This document shows positions 1 through 12,890 of a stretch of DNA of 64,000 nt, piece by piece. Made by a program: the position numbers and the translations under genes. The notes under the pieces are model-generated. The model saw only the letters and a program-made list of their open reading frames with translations, was not told where the DNA came from and did no database searches. This DNA comes from Octopus vulgaris (lineage: Eukaryota), in contig OX597822.1 of assembly GCA_951406725.2 (NCBI GenBank), positions 20,770,001 through 20,834,000 of the forward strand. Reading direction: 5' to 3'. Position 1 is the first letter of the stretch. The number at the start of each line of letters is the position of its first letter.

Positions 1-22
1 GGAACAAACACAGACACACAAA

Positions 23-238
<216 letters not shown>

Positions 239-271
239 AAATGTAATATGTGACAATTATTCGGTAGCCTT

Positions 272-333
272 GATAAAACTCCAGGTTTCGGATGTCGGGT
301 TGGATATCCATGCTACCATCTATTCAGTTATCC
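272..333 (-). ncRNA. Degenerate hammerhead-like motif (Penelope-type pLTR remnant)
   Basis: Minus strand reads ataa-CTGAATA-gatg...catc-CGAAAC-ctggagtttt. Stem II GATG/CATC is present but the core deviates from CUGANGA. Confidence 0.3.
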
Positions 334-362
334 AGCCATCGGAAAAAATGTCATGAAAATGG

Positions 363-606
363 CCACTACACTATATGCCCATGGGCATATAGTGTAGTGG
401 TTAAGAGCGCAGGCTACTAACCCTAAGAATCCAAGTTTGATTCCAAGCAGTGATCTGAACAATAATAATAATAATAATAATAATAACAACATCGAAAAAA
501 CCTTTCCCCAAGACATCCGAAGAAGGCTGGAGGGTATATCAGCCAAAACGTTGTGTTAACAACAAACAAGATGAGAACAAATATCCATCGAATGTAAATA
601 ATGTTA
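363..606 (+). mobile_element. Penelope-like element pLTR: tRNA-like module + (AAT)n + hammerhead remnant
   Basis: Homologous to the 3' flank of the GIY-YIG remnant (19385-19440) and to 19832-20080. A-box-like TAGTGTAGTGG at 390-400, B-box-like GTTTGATTCC at 435-444, CCGAAGA-aggctg..cagcc-AAAACGTT at 517-552. Perfect 38-bp palindrome at 363-400. Confidence 0.8.
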
Positions 607-635
607 ATTAGAAAGATAAGTTATTAATGGATAAT

Positions 636-885
636 CTTTTACTTGTTTCAGTCAATGGACTCTGACTATGGTGGGGTACAACCTTGAAGGATACAGTTGA
701 ATAAATCAACACCAGCACTGATTTTTTAAAGTCTGGTCCTTATTCCATTAGTCTCTTTTGCCAGTGACAGGGATGTCAACAAAACATTTATCAAGTGGTG
801 TGGTGGTGGTGGTGAGGACAAACACTTACACACATACACACACAATTTTTGTCTATCAGATTCATTCATAAGGCATTGGTTGATC
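636..885 (-). mobile_element. Degenerate tRNA-SINE fragment (same family as 28615-29010)
   Basis: ttttacttgtttcagtcaatggac tail and tcttttgcc / ggacaaacac segments match the intact copies. Confidence 0.75.
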
Positions 886-1019
886 CTTTAAAATGAACTT
901 TCTGAGCAATCAGAGATCAGGCACTGCATTTTACCTGCACAAGAAAGCATTTTACCTGCACAAAGACAGTCAGTCAGTTTAAGAGGTAGAAAGAATGATG
1001 ATATGATTCTTAACCAAAA

Positions 1020-1330
1020 TTCGTGGAATGCTTTCCCATAGGCTTAGTTTCTGATGGTTTTGCTTTTAAATTTTAATTCCCTTCAAAACCATTACATCAT
1101 TCTTTAGTTCTGCCTTAAAGCAGAAGTAGAAAGTAATGAGAAAAGCCATTTCCTTGATGAAATTTTGTGCTACAAGAAAATAGTTTACTTGTTTAATATA
1201 GGTGAGTTATTGAAATATTTGGTAACTAATATTTTCATTCTTCTAAAATGTATGGGAAACAACTGTAGACATGTTCCAGAATTGTACTGAGCTTCAATGA
1301 TCCATATCCATCATCAACAGTGTTAGAGTG
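1020..1330 (+). mobile_element. Possible ancient Penelope-like reverse transcriptase remnant
   Basis: Translation LNSLQ...EVESNEKSHFLDEIL resembles the PLE RT motif LNSxHxxIxFTxExExxxxLPFLDV. Many stops. Confidence 0.35.
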
Positions 1331-4300
1331 GTGAAGGATGTTCCTTATGCAGTTATCATAACCTCCTTGTGAGATCTATTGAAGAAGACAATATTGGTTA
1401 TGTCAGCTTAAACTAATATTAAACTTTATGAGTGTATATGTGTGTGTTTTAGCACATAGCTAAGTAAAACAGAATTTAATCATTATAAAATAAAAAGATA
1501 TATCAAATAAATAATAAGATAAAAGTATAAGCATCAAAACATCCCCACCACTATCTGCATGTCAGTAAGTGTGTACTGTGTGAATGTAAACCATTTCAAT
1601 TTAAACAAGTCTAATTTAATGATGTCTTTATTTGCCAGAAAGCATAACAGTTTGATAAATGAATACAAATTAAAGTAAAAAAAATAAAATAAAGAATTAT
1701 TACAAGAAACAAGTAAAATCTAACAATCAAGTTTTAATGTGAGATAAAATAACACTCTTCATTAAGTGTTATTATGTGCAACTTCACTTCAGGGTTTATT
1801 ATTACATTTTTTTCTTAAAGTTATTCAACTCTCAGTCCTTGTCAGAACTAATTTTTGATATGAATTCAAATTCTGAAATTACTTCTTGTTATCATATCTT
1901 TATTATAATCTATATAAAACAACTCAATAGAAAAAAAAAACAATGAAAAAAAGATGTAAATATCAAAACTCATTGATGTGATTTAGTTAATCATCAAGAT
2001 TGTCTTGAATTTGGGTAAAATATACGATAAACAAACTTAAAACCCATCTCAATAACCCCCACTACAAACACCACTCCTAAAAAGAAAACAAACCTGAAAT
2101 ATATGAAATACTTCTTCCTCAGAAATGTTATTTACTTTAATAAATTGAGAGTATAATGGAAATAAAAATTCAATGTTTATTTATGCTAGAGCTATTATAT
2201 TCTTGCAGGCCTAACAAACAACTGAGCTTGCACTGATTGTTTATTTGACTAGTAAATAGCTTCTATTAAATGTTTATATTAAATTATCATTGCCATGATC
2301 ACCATGGCTTTCATTTGCATTATCTTGATAATCATTATTCACAGTTTAACATGTTTATTCCATGGCAAACAAAAGGTTAATTCTACAAATCTAACCATCT
2401 ATACCTCCCTTAACTCATATATATTCCCCCACCCATATCTACATGTTCTTTTATAATTTTCTTCTACTCCAGCTGGCGACATTTTTGTTCATATGTCTCA
2501 TCTTCTAATTATCTCTGGTATACCCCAAATATTTCCTGAATTGATAAATAAATGTAAGAGCTTTGAAATTAAGCTCATGAGGCCATTTCACTAGTTTGGG
2601 ATGGAGGTCACGCCAACTAGTTTTATTTTTACTTAACAATTTATAAGCATTTGTATACATTTTGCCTTTCAAACTATGGATGATAGTAACTAAAGGCTAT
2701 TTATTAAAATGTTCAAAAGTATGTGCTTAGACACAAATAGATCACTTGGATAATTGTACAAAGTTATTGGCAGGTCAATAATTTCTAATACATCATGGCT
2801 TATGTTTAATACATGTGTGTGTGTGTGTGTGTGCTCATGATTGCATTATTTAGAGTTTTGTCCGTTCAATGAAACTTGATACTTCTTACCCTTTCTGCAT
2901 GCCACTTTTCATTTATGCATCTAGCTTTGCAAGATGAATTCTAGCTTAGCTCTTCATTACTTTATAATATCATTTTCTCATTTTCCATAAATAATTTTCT
3001 CATAACATTTCTCCATATTTCATTATATTTCATTTTGATTGACAAACTATTTTCATTCAGAAAACATGGTTTAAGCAAGATCTTTCATAACCTAGAAAAC
3101 AAGAGAGAAATCTAAAATCTGTAAAGTCACATGAAAACATAAGCCTAAAATTAAAACATTTTGGGGCTGAAGAAATTATTTCACTCACAAAAACACAAAG
3201 CAAACATCTTTCTATATTTAATCTTAAAAATCAAGCAGAAAGACTTGTTCTTGGCATCATGAACTTATACATTCCTCTTTCTAGTTTGCAGCACATGAAC
3301 CTGTTGAGTATATCTAGTTTTCTATGTGCCATATACCTGCTCAGTTAATAATCTGGAGTTACACAACAACAACACTTTTCTTCTAACAGGGATTACTGGT
3401 ATCAACAAAGAGAAGAAAAATTTAGGGGTACTTCTTTTTTGTTCTTGATGGTGAGGATAAAACTGTTATGTCCATGACCTATTCAGGCTCTCTGTGACTG
3501 GTGAGACATCACCAGAATTAACTATGCTATGGCTGATGTAAGGTTTTGTAGCTTTATTTGGTCCAGTTTTGAGTGGGGAAAGGGGACGCATTGAGTCATG
3601 AATTCTTTCTATCTAAACACTGCTGTGACCCTTGTCAGTCGATTAGCTAGATATCAGTGACCACAAATGGCCCTTTTGAAATCCTGTACTTTCTGGAATA
3701 GGGCTGCCATCAGAGGCATTATCTAAAGAGTGAGAAACTTTTTCCATCTGTATTCTCTGATAAACAGTACACCCTCCCTACAGTGATAATTGATATGTCA
3801 AGAGACTGTCTTATATTCTGGCTGGACGCCTGGTCTGAGTGCATGCAACAATGTGAATTCTGGTGAAGGTACCTGGTATATCACATTTACACATGTAAAT
3901 CTATTGGAGACTTGTCACAATTTGAACAATAAAGCTTATGGAAGAGTAACATGTTTTTGTGGAATTCTGTTTCAAATTAGAGAAAAACATCAATTGCTAA
4001 ATCTGAATGGACTTCCATGACAAGAGATGATGATCACAATGGGAAAGTACAGTTGCACACATACACAATGACTAATTGAAATGGCTTGATGTAGCTATTA
4101 TTAGGTTGAAGGTCAAGGTCACCTGTACACAGTATAGCAGTTGTAAGTATGCTGCATTGGTTAAATGGCATGCTGTTTTGAAAGTTCTCTTTCATTTTGG
4201 ACAGACCAGTTACATGTATGCATGTATATGTCTATGTATGTATGTATGTATGTATGTATGTATGTATGTATGTATGTATGTGTATTTACTTGTATATAGA

Positions 4301-5130
4301 ACAGTTTTTCTTTTCAACATATTTTATTGAAGACATGACTGTCTTCAAGAAAAATATTTTTTTCTTTATTGACTTTTCATATTTCTTTTTAGCCTTTTAT
4401 GTTTAGTTAGGAATAATAACACTTCTAATTCCATTAACTGTTCTGGACTTAGCTTAAATCTTTTTAGTAAAACACAGATGATAGCGGCATGTTATATTTT
4501 TAATTTTGTGGTAGGCAGTAAGGATCAGATGATGTAACTAATAAAATAATAATTACTAGATGAAATTTTTTAACAGGTAAGTCTGGTTTATTTTTAGTGG
4601 GAAGTACCTATTCTCAGTTTATTCCTAATGTTCTATATTTGTGTATTAATTTTTGATTTATATGTTTTGCTATTCTTAAAGGTTCCACAACTAATCTTCT
4701 AGTTTGGGAGAATTCTTACTTACAGGATTATGAGTGCTTTGCTATCTATTATAGCTTCCTTTTCTGTGTTCAGTATCATAACATGGCTCAATGGTTCCTT
4801 GTTACAAATGCAGGGTTAACCAGAGACAAATATCCTACTAGTGTTTCTGATCTAATGGATTCAGTCATGAAGTTTATAACTTTTATATTTAACTGGCAAT
4901 TTGTAAATTAAATTGGTTATTTAAAGTTCGTTTCTGGCTTGCAGTTTTGTGATTTTGCATTGATGAGACATATTTTCCAGTGCTTTTATGAAACATTCTT
5001 ACTGTTAGTTTTGTACTAAGATGTAATAAATGGGGTCTGTTTTAAGGGATTTTAATAAGATATTCACCCCTTCTACAATTGTGTGTTTAATTTGAGATGT
5101 ATCTTTTGAGTCTGTGGAATTTTATATTGT

Positions 5131-5280
5131 AAATTGGTTGGCATTAGGAAGGGCATCAAGCTGCAAGAACCATGCAAGCAGACACTGGAGCATGATGCTA
5201 TCCTTGGATCCATCATATCCTTGTAAAAATCTCTAACCCATGCCATCATAGAATGTAGATGTTAAATGACGATGATCATG
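5131..5280 (+). mobile_element. RTE-type 3' tail remnant
   Basis: ggttggcattaggaagggcatc...aacccatgcc...gttaaatgacgatgat matches the reverse complement of the RTE 3' end at 20084-20240. Similar short remnants near 7090, 8600-8770, 42490-42655 and 50780-50910. Confidence 0.7.
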
Positions 5281-5618
5281 ATTGTTCTGTAGATAAATTT
5301 ACCAGCATGTTTAAGATTGTATTCTTTAATATTTCTTTAGAACTTGGGATTATTTTTTAAAGTGCCTTCTAATCCTCATCTATGGAGGAAAATTCAAAAG
5401 CCTGTCTTAAAAAAAGATTTCTCTAAAGTTGTTTTTATATCTATGAAAAGACTCACTGTCCACACACGTCTATACTGCTTGTATTTTCTAGTATACACTT
5501 ACTATATGAGTTGTCCCTATATCTACACTTTTACATAAAAATGGGGTGATTAAGTTCTTTGCTTAGTCTTACTTTGTATGTATCTCTCTCTCTCTCTGTC
5601 TATATACTTGTCTGCCTC

Positions 5619-5661
<43 letters not shown>

Positions 5662-5902
5662 GTCTAATGACTGTTTCACACATACTCATATGTACACATA
5701 CAGACACCCACCAATATACAAACATGCACACACACAAACACACACACACTGACCATTTTTGAACTCTTCTGCCTTCCAAGTCCACATTTTCTATTTCTCT
5801 CTCCAGCTTCCAGTCAGTTATTTTTTGGCCATGTAGTGATACATGCTTTTCTCTGGACTATCTGCTCCTTCTTCCCTTACCCACTTCTCTAGACTTTTCC
5901 TC

Positions 5903-5924
5903 AATCTGATGAAGAAACGTTATT
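5903..5924 (+). ncRNA. Hammerhead core remnant lacking stem II
   Basis: aat-CTGATGA-a-GAAACGTT-att. Both conserved boxes, a palindromic stem III and a 3-bp stem I are present, in a pyrimidine-rich context like 7260-7340. Confidence 0.4.
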
Positions 5925-6020
5925 CCTACTCCTATTTTACCATTTAAAACATTCAATGAGTGCATTAATTCACTATGTATGTCCAATTGACCTTTGTTGG
6001 TTTTTCCTGTTATTTTTGTA

Positions 6021-6058
<38 letters not shown>

Positions 6059-7229
6059 CATACATGTGTGCATCTGAATATAGGAGTGTGCATGCATGCA
6101 TGTGCACACACACACGACCCCCCCCCCCCAATTATTCAAACATATAAAAAGACATTCAGACATAGAAACTAAACCAGAAATGAAACTTTCAAGAGAGATA
6201 TAGTCTTCAAGCCCATCTAGAAGAGCAAAAATAACCCGTGTAACCCATGTCAAGAATTAAAATTGGACGTAATACAATGCTGCTGCTGACAGACTTCATC
6301 ATTTTTATCTTCATTTTTCCATATTCCCATGGATTGAATGGGTCTTTTCCAAAAGAGTATCTCACCATTTGTTATATTGTGTCATCCTCTTTGGGAAGCT
6401 CAACATCTTGATATCAATTTTCAGCATTTCTGCCCACGATTTTGTTTATTGGTCTTTTAATTCCATAGCTGTCCTTTTGTTTTGATATTCTGGCACTTCT
6501 TTATCTATCTGTTATAGGATATTATTTAAGACAGTTTCTAGGACTAGTAGAGTTGCAAAGAAACCATATGCAGGGATGTTATAATAATGAAAGGATTTTT
6601 CAGCAATCCTGTAAGCATGGGGGACACACTTATTAAATGTCCACATACAGACTGTTTCAGCCCTTCAGTAAATCTGTGCTCATTCATTGCAAATGATACA
6701 TAAAACATTATAAAGCATGCTTATTGCTCTTCATAAGTAGCTGTATACTACATACACACTCACTCTTTGATTTCTCTCTCTCTCTCTTTCTACCCCCCCT
6801 TCCCCAACCTGCCTCTCTCTGTAGAATGCGAAAACACCCACTCTTGAAATGGCTGTGACATGAAGACAGTTGTTTCTGTTCTGTTCTGCAGAGGGAGCCC
6901 TATGGTTTGAGCACGGGATCCATTTATGCAGAGAAATTATAAGCATGTGCATATGTGTGTGGATTGTTTGTGCATGTTTGCATTTTCACCTTGACTTTAT
7001 ACTGTTTTTGCCAGCATAAAAACAGGGTTCTTGTTCATATAAATGGTGTCAAGAATGGCATGTGACTATAGAAAATGTGAGTCACTAAGTTTTGTCTGGC
7101 CCATACCAGCATGTAAACGGGAACACTAAAATGATGATGATGTTAATGACTATATATAACACACATATACATGTATATATAGATATACATGTATGCATAT
7201 ATATATATATGTACATGTATGGATGTATG

Positions 7230-7425
7230 TGATCATGTGTGTACCGTTGGCGATTTTTTTCCCTCCGTTTTCCCTTCTCTGGATCTTTCCTTTTCCGATG
7301 TTTCTCACGACGAGCTCCGCTCGAAACGTAAAACCTTCCTTCTTCCCTTCCTTCCTGAGCGTCCAGTAATAATATATTTGTTCCACGTCCTCGCGTTGTT
7401 GTCTTTTCATGTTTGGATTAACTTT
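7230..7425 (+). mobile_element. Penelope-type pLTR fragment with minimal type I hammerhead (7300-7334), embedded in TA-rich repeats
   Basis: gttt-CTCACGA-c-GAGC-tcc-GCTC-GAAAC-GTA-aaac gives stem I GTTT/AAAC, stem II GAGC/GCTC and a GUA cleavage triplet, with one core substitution. CpG-rich relative to the flanks. Confidence 0.7.
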
Positions 7426-8369
7426 ATATATATATTTGCATACACACGTACACACACATGCATATATAGTGTGTGTGTATATGAGAGAGGGAGAGAGAGA
7501 GAGTTCTATAGATTACACTAGGGCATTTATTTACAATTTATCTACAAGCATATTGTCTCAGTACTTTAGTTATCAAATTATATATTATATCAATTAATTG
7601 CTTTCTTGTTCAGAGCTGTAGCTAATAAATAGATTATCCAGCAGTTTGTTGTCTAATAGCTTGTGAATTCACATGCTTCTGCAGTGTCCTGTGGTAAAAA
7701 CAAGCACAAGACAGTTCGTCTTGCTCTAGAATCAGTCCAGTTGGCACCAGATGTATCGATGCAACATTTGTTTGGATTTTACTAGAAATGATGAATTATT
7801 TTTGTTTGAGCAACAGAACCACTCCATAATAACCTACTTAGGCCAATATTATTAATTTACATAGCTTTGATAAATATGGATGCTATAAATAATACTGATA
7901 AATTTTTTAAAAACATAAATGTCTTAACACCATATAATGAATGTCAAAGTGTGGCCCAAGTAAGTACAACAATTAATTGCATGGCATCTGATTTATGTAC
8001 ATACCTAAAACCCAATAGTTTTTCCTTCCTTTAGGCTAAACTTATAGGCTTCATCCTCATAACACAGTCAAGTAAATCTCCCCAGGACAAAGTAGTTAAC
8101 AGAAAATACAGTACAAATACAGTACATTAATATTTAAGATTGCTAAAGAAAGAGAAAGAGCTTTCCCATGTCAAAATTGTTTACTTGGAGAAACTTTTTC
8201 CGGAGATTTGTTATATTAAAGAGACATAAAGTCTGAATGTCAATAGACTGGTCTGAATGTTGATTATATGCCATTGTCACATTCTTTATTGGTGTGTGCA
8301 CATAGTACAACTTGTATATGTGTGTGTGTATTCACACTCAATCACCCCACAACACACCCATGCACGTAT

Positions 8370-8415
<46 letters not shown>

Positions 8416-9392
8416 TAGTAATGAACTAGAAAATGAATACTCTGCTCTGGAAAGGTGGATAAGTAATTCTGTTAAATAGAATTCTTACAACCATATTTGT
8501 ATACATATGTATGCACCTGTGTATGTGAATATATAGGTATGTGTATATGTGTGTGTGTATATATGCCATTATATATACATATGTTCACATACAATTATCA
8601 TCATAATCATTTTACGTCTCCTTTTGACGCTGGTCATATTATTTTGATAGGATCTGACAGGATGGAAGATCACATCACACCTCGGTGGTTCAGGTCTGTC
8701 TTGGTTTCTGTGGCTGGATTCTCTTCTTAAATTCAACCACTTTACAGAGTGTGCTGGGTGTATTTTTTGCCAAACCAATATAGTTATCTTGCTCCTACAA
8801 GTCTAACGAGTTTTCTCAACTTTACATTGACTCTACTCAATTCACCAGCCACTTTATTCATGAGTACTTTATTAATGGGAGTAGCACTTGTGAGATACCC
8901 TTGACACTCACAAAATTTAAAGGATATCACGACTGAAAGGAGAATGAGGGAGAGAGAGGGAGAGAGGGATGACTTTAGTTGAAGTATTAGAATAGGATAA
9001 GGAATAGATTTCTTGTTGAAGAATGATTGGTAGTGGAGAAAAAACACAAATGCCAATGCTGGAACTTGTATTTGGATGGGTCAGGGTAAAGAGAAAGAGG
9101 AGTGTCAGAAATTAATGAGAAAGAGAGAGGGACAATGCAGTAAGGGTAATGGGTTGAGTGAAGCAATGGTAATCCATTCTCTTGTTTTAGAGCTGAATAC
9201 AAACAGATGTGAGTAGATGGGAGCACCAGAAAGAGATGAGAATGATGAAGATCTAGAGAGGTTGTGGGAAAAAGGGCATTGAAAGAAAAAAAATGAGTAG
9301 CTGTTCAGGTGAGTTAGAGAGGAAGAGGTGGGAGAAGGCTGAAGTGGCAGAGATTATGTAGAGAACAGAAGAGTGAAAGAGAGGCAATATAG

Positions 9393-9448
<56 letters not shown>

Positions 9449-9449
<1 letters not shown>

Positions 9450-9778
9450 ACCCCCTTCGGTCACGGATGACCATGGGATTACACCTAGAAAGTTACCCTC
9501 CTAAGTACAAGTCGAGGCAAGGTTGTTTATGGAAGACTAGAAGTCACCCATGCATACCAGCCTCCCCTCTCCATGCCACCAGTGTTGTCCAAGGGAAAGG
9601 CAAAAGCTGATACAGCTTGGCATCAGTGACGTCATAACTCATTTCTACAGCTGAGTGAACTGGAGCAACATGAAATGAAGTGTCTTGCTCAAGAACACAA
9701 CACACAGCCTGGTCTGAGATTTGAACTCTCAACCTCACAGTCGTAAGATCGACGCTCTAACCACTGAGCCATGCGCCT
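9449..9778 (-). mobile_element. Full-length tRNA-derived CORE-type SINE
   Basis: Minus strand: ggcgcatggctcagtggttagagcg (A box), gttcaaatctc (B box), then cttgagcaagacacttcatttcatgttgctccagttcactcagctgtagaaatgag (CORE-like). Ends at a (TA)n run. Confidence 0.85.
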
Positions 9779-9811
9779 TTACAAAAGATTATATATACAT
9801 ACATACATACA

Positions 9812-10312
9812 CACAAGAGGGTACTGAAAAGTTCTTGGCTTTAAGGGTATTTTCCGCTGCCCCACCAGTACCTTGGGGACGAATTTCGCTGTCACTCTCT
9901 GCAATCCCAAATTCTCCGTTAAAATGGAATGCACTGATTCTGTGCTTATTCCCACACAGGTATGGCCATGACTGAAGCAGTTGTACCTCGCCTTGATCTG
10001 AATTTTACCCATGGCATCATTGTCAATGGCCTGCTTAATCTTTTGGATTGTTTCAGCTTGAATATAACCAAGTTTTGGCAAAACTTGATGTAATATCTTT
10101 GTTCAATGCATTTAGTAAAACTGAAAATCTGATGAGCACACATTACATGTCTGTACATAGGTGTAACAGCCAGGAACTGATGTGACCTAATGGCATGTAA
10201 ATTTTCAGACATGTGCAGAAAAGGTAGCATCACTCCCACCCAAAGAATTCTTCTCATGCAGCATTAGTTATGGTGGAAAAAATAATGTTGGTTACTTTTT
10301 AATGCACCTTGT
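9812..10312 (-). mobile_element. Internally deleted mariner-type transposon remnant
   Basis: EQRYYIKFCQ / KLGYIQAETIQKIKQAIDNDAMGKIQIKARYNCF...VGISTESVHSILTENLGLQRVTAKFVPKVL is the mariner HTH region and WVP-like motif, frameshifted. Confidence 0.85.
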
Positions 10313-11258
10313 ATATAAATATGCGATGTTTATATACGTATGTATTTATATGTGTGTGTGTGTGTGTGTGTATGTATATATATATATATATATATATAAC
10401 TTTGATAACTTTGATGGGTTTCAATCGGTAAAGGCCCAGGCCATGTCTGACTCAATAGCACATACATATATATGTAAACATAATATATGTATATAAATAT
10501 ATATATATGTATTTTCAAAAGCCAAAATAACTATAAAAAATTAGTTATTATCAGAAAAGTTCAATGGTTAGTACTATAAACTAGTATTCCAAAGAGCTAG
10601 GAACACATTTTCAGGAGATTTAAGGAGAAAAGGGTTGATAGTTGATATCTCTGCTCTGTAATTGTGTGTATGTGTATACAGATAGAAACATATATATTTA
10701 TATATATATATGCATATATATGTGTGTGTGTGTAAATATGTGTGTATATATCTATTTGTATATACATAAACATACATACAAATATACATGCACACATACA
10801 CACACTTTATGTATGTATTTATATATATATTACTTTTATTTGTTCTTAGCAATTATGGCATTAGTAACATGTAATGTAGTTGCTAAACATCAAATATATA
10901 TTTGATCAGAGCCTCTGAAAAGGTGAATTACAAAAGGATGTAATGAATTATATGTACGTGCATATAAGTGCGAAAGTGTGGGTGATAGTAATAAAAGTGA
11001 GCTTATTGTATACAGTGCATATATTGAGTTTACACATATACTTGCAGATACACCCACATATATATAGTGTATCTTATTAACTCCAGGCTAGCATATCAGC
11101 TATGTCTTTAATCATTGAGATTTTAATTAAATTGTCTTGTTTTTGTGTTGTGTATATATGTTGTCATCACATGGCATATTCTGTAAAACTGACAGTACAC
11201 AATTGCCATTCTTCATTTTATAATCTATATGGATTGACTCTCTCATTCTCTCTCTCAC

Positions 11259-11309
<51 letters not shown>

Positions 11310-11624
11310 GTGTGTGTGTGTGTGTGTCTGTACACACATACAGATATGCAGTAGTACAGGTCTCCTTACTCATAGAGTAAAGGTTTCATGGAATCAAACA
11401 AAGAAAACAACATATTTGAAGCCAGATTGGGATAACTTTGACAGGTTTCAGCCAATATTGATCAAAGTTATGTTATGATGTTTCATGATTCAAAGTTTAC
11501 TTATGACTTGTAAGATGTTTCATCTAAGGAGCAGAAGATCTGCATCTAGAATCCTCAGAATTTTTAATATAGCTACATTATGGGGTTCAGAGACATTCAT
11601 AGTTAGTTTTTGTTTTATATATAC

Positions 11625-11742
11625 GTTCTCATGGGTTTAGTCCTACTGCATGGCACCTTGGGCAAGTGTCTTCTACTGTAGCCTCAGGCTGACCAAAGCC
11701 TTATGAATGGATTTGGTAGATGGAAACTAACAGAAGCCTGTC

Positions 11743-11787
<45 letters not shown>

Positions 11788-12016
11788 TGTATGTATATGT
11801 ATGTGTGTGTGTGTGTATGTTTGTATGTCTGTGTTTGTCCTTCCAACATCGCTTGACAACTGATGCTGGTGTGTAACTTAGCGGTTTGTTAAAAGAGACC
11901 GATAGAATAAGTGCTAGGCTTACAAAAAAATAAGTCCTGGGGTCGATTTGCTTGACTAAAGGCAGTGATTCAGCATGGCCTCAGTCAAATGACTGAAACA
12001 TGTAAAAGAGTAAAAG
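11625..12016 (+). mobile_element. tRNA/CORE-type SINE with internal (TA)n/(TG)n, 5' partly lost
   Basis: ggcaccttgggcaagtgtcttctact..., internal microsatellite, tail ggcagtgattcagcatggcctcagtcaaatgactgaaac. Same family as 28615-29010. Confidence 0.9.
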
Positions 12017-12527
12017 AACATATATGCATGCATGCATGCATACATACATACATACATACATACATACATACATACATACATACATACATACATACACACA
12101 TACAAACATACATACATGCATGTTAATGTTTTGGTGTGCATTTATTTTGGCATTACGCTGTAATAAAAGTATGGATTCTATGATTAATCTCCTATTTTAT
12201 AGAATATCTAAGTATTCTCTTTAAGTGTTTTTCTAGCTTTGTCTTCTGTTGTATGGTATAACGTTTTGTAATAGCTTCTTATAGTAAGCTCACAGAAAGC
12301 CTATAAGACAATGTTGTACTAGTATGTCCAATGTAACATCTTGAACCCTGAAAAGTGCAACTTTCAGTTTTACAGTCAAATTTATTGATTGCACTGGTTA
12401 AGAATTAGTCCTAACAGTCAAGGAAAAAGCAAAAGTGTTCTCATTTGGGCTTGAGTGTTTGATATTTTTTTAAAAGGCCAGTGTTATCCAGGATACTGTT
12501 ATAGTGGGTAGCTATACACACATTTCT

Positions 12528-12890
12528 TTATTTTTTTGCTTTACTAGTTTCAGCTCAAGAGCTGCTGCCATGCTGGATCACCACTGTTAGTTTTGCTATA
12601 CTTTCACTACTTGTAACCTCCTGTGATATGTAGCATTTGGTGAATGAGGGAGTTTGATGTTGCACTCTCATCCACATTTCTTGCTGTGAGGCAGGTTCAT
12701 CTGGAACACTTAAGTGGAGGGATCCAGTTTTGTTTTAAAGATACCTACATCCACCCCATTTCTCAAGCTTTTTGGGAGGGTCTTGATGAGCTGTGGGCCC
12801 TTGAACAGCCCAAGTTGTTGATGTATCCTAGTGGCAATGTTGGGATTTTTGGTGCTATGCAGTGGTGTCCTGTTCTACTGTTTATGTAAC
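12528..12890 (-). mobile_element. CR1-like LINE 3' end with 3' UTR stem-loop
   Basis: Minus-strand translation fragments FKGPQL, FKTKLD, SVPDEPASQQE, SNSLIHQ resemble CR1-clade ORF2 C-termini. 3' UTR ggtgatccagcatggcagcagctcttgagctgaaac followed by an A-rich tail. Confidence 0.7.

Noticed and set aside
383-452. Functional tRNA gene (likewise the SINE heads at 9700-9778, 28615-28690, 37143-37215)
   Set aside because: No complete acceptor stem, and each is embedded in a repeat element, so these are tRNA-derived only.
3400-5100. Higher-complexity sequence that might be exonic
   Set aside because: No sustained frame or recognisable motif on either strand. Probably very old TE debris.
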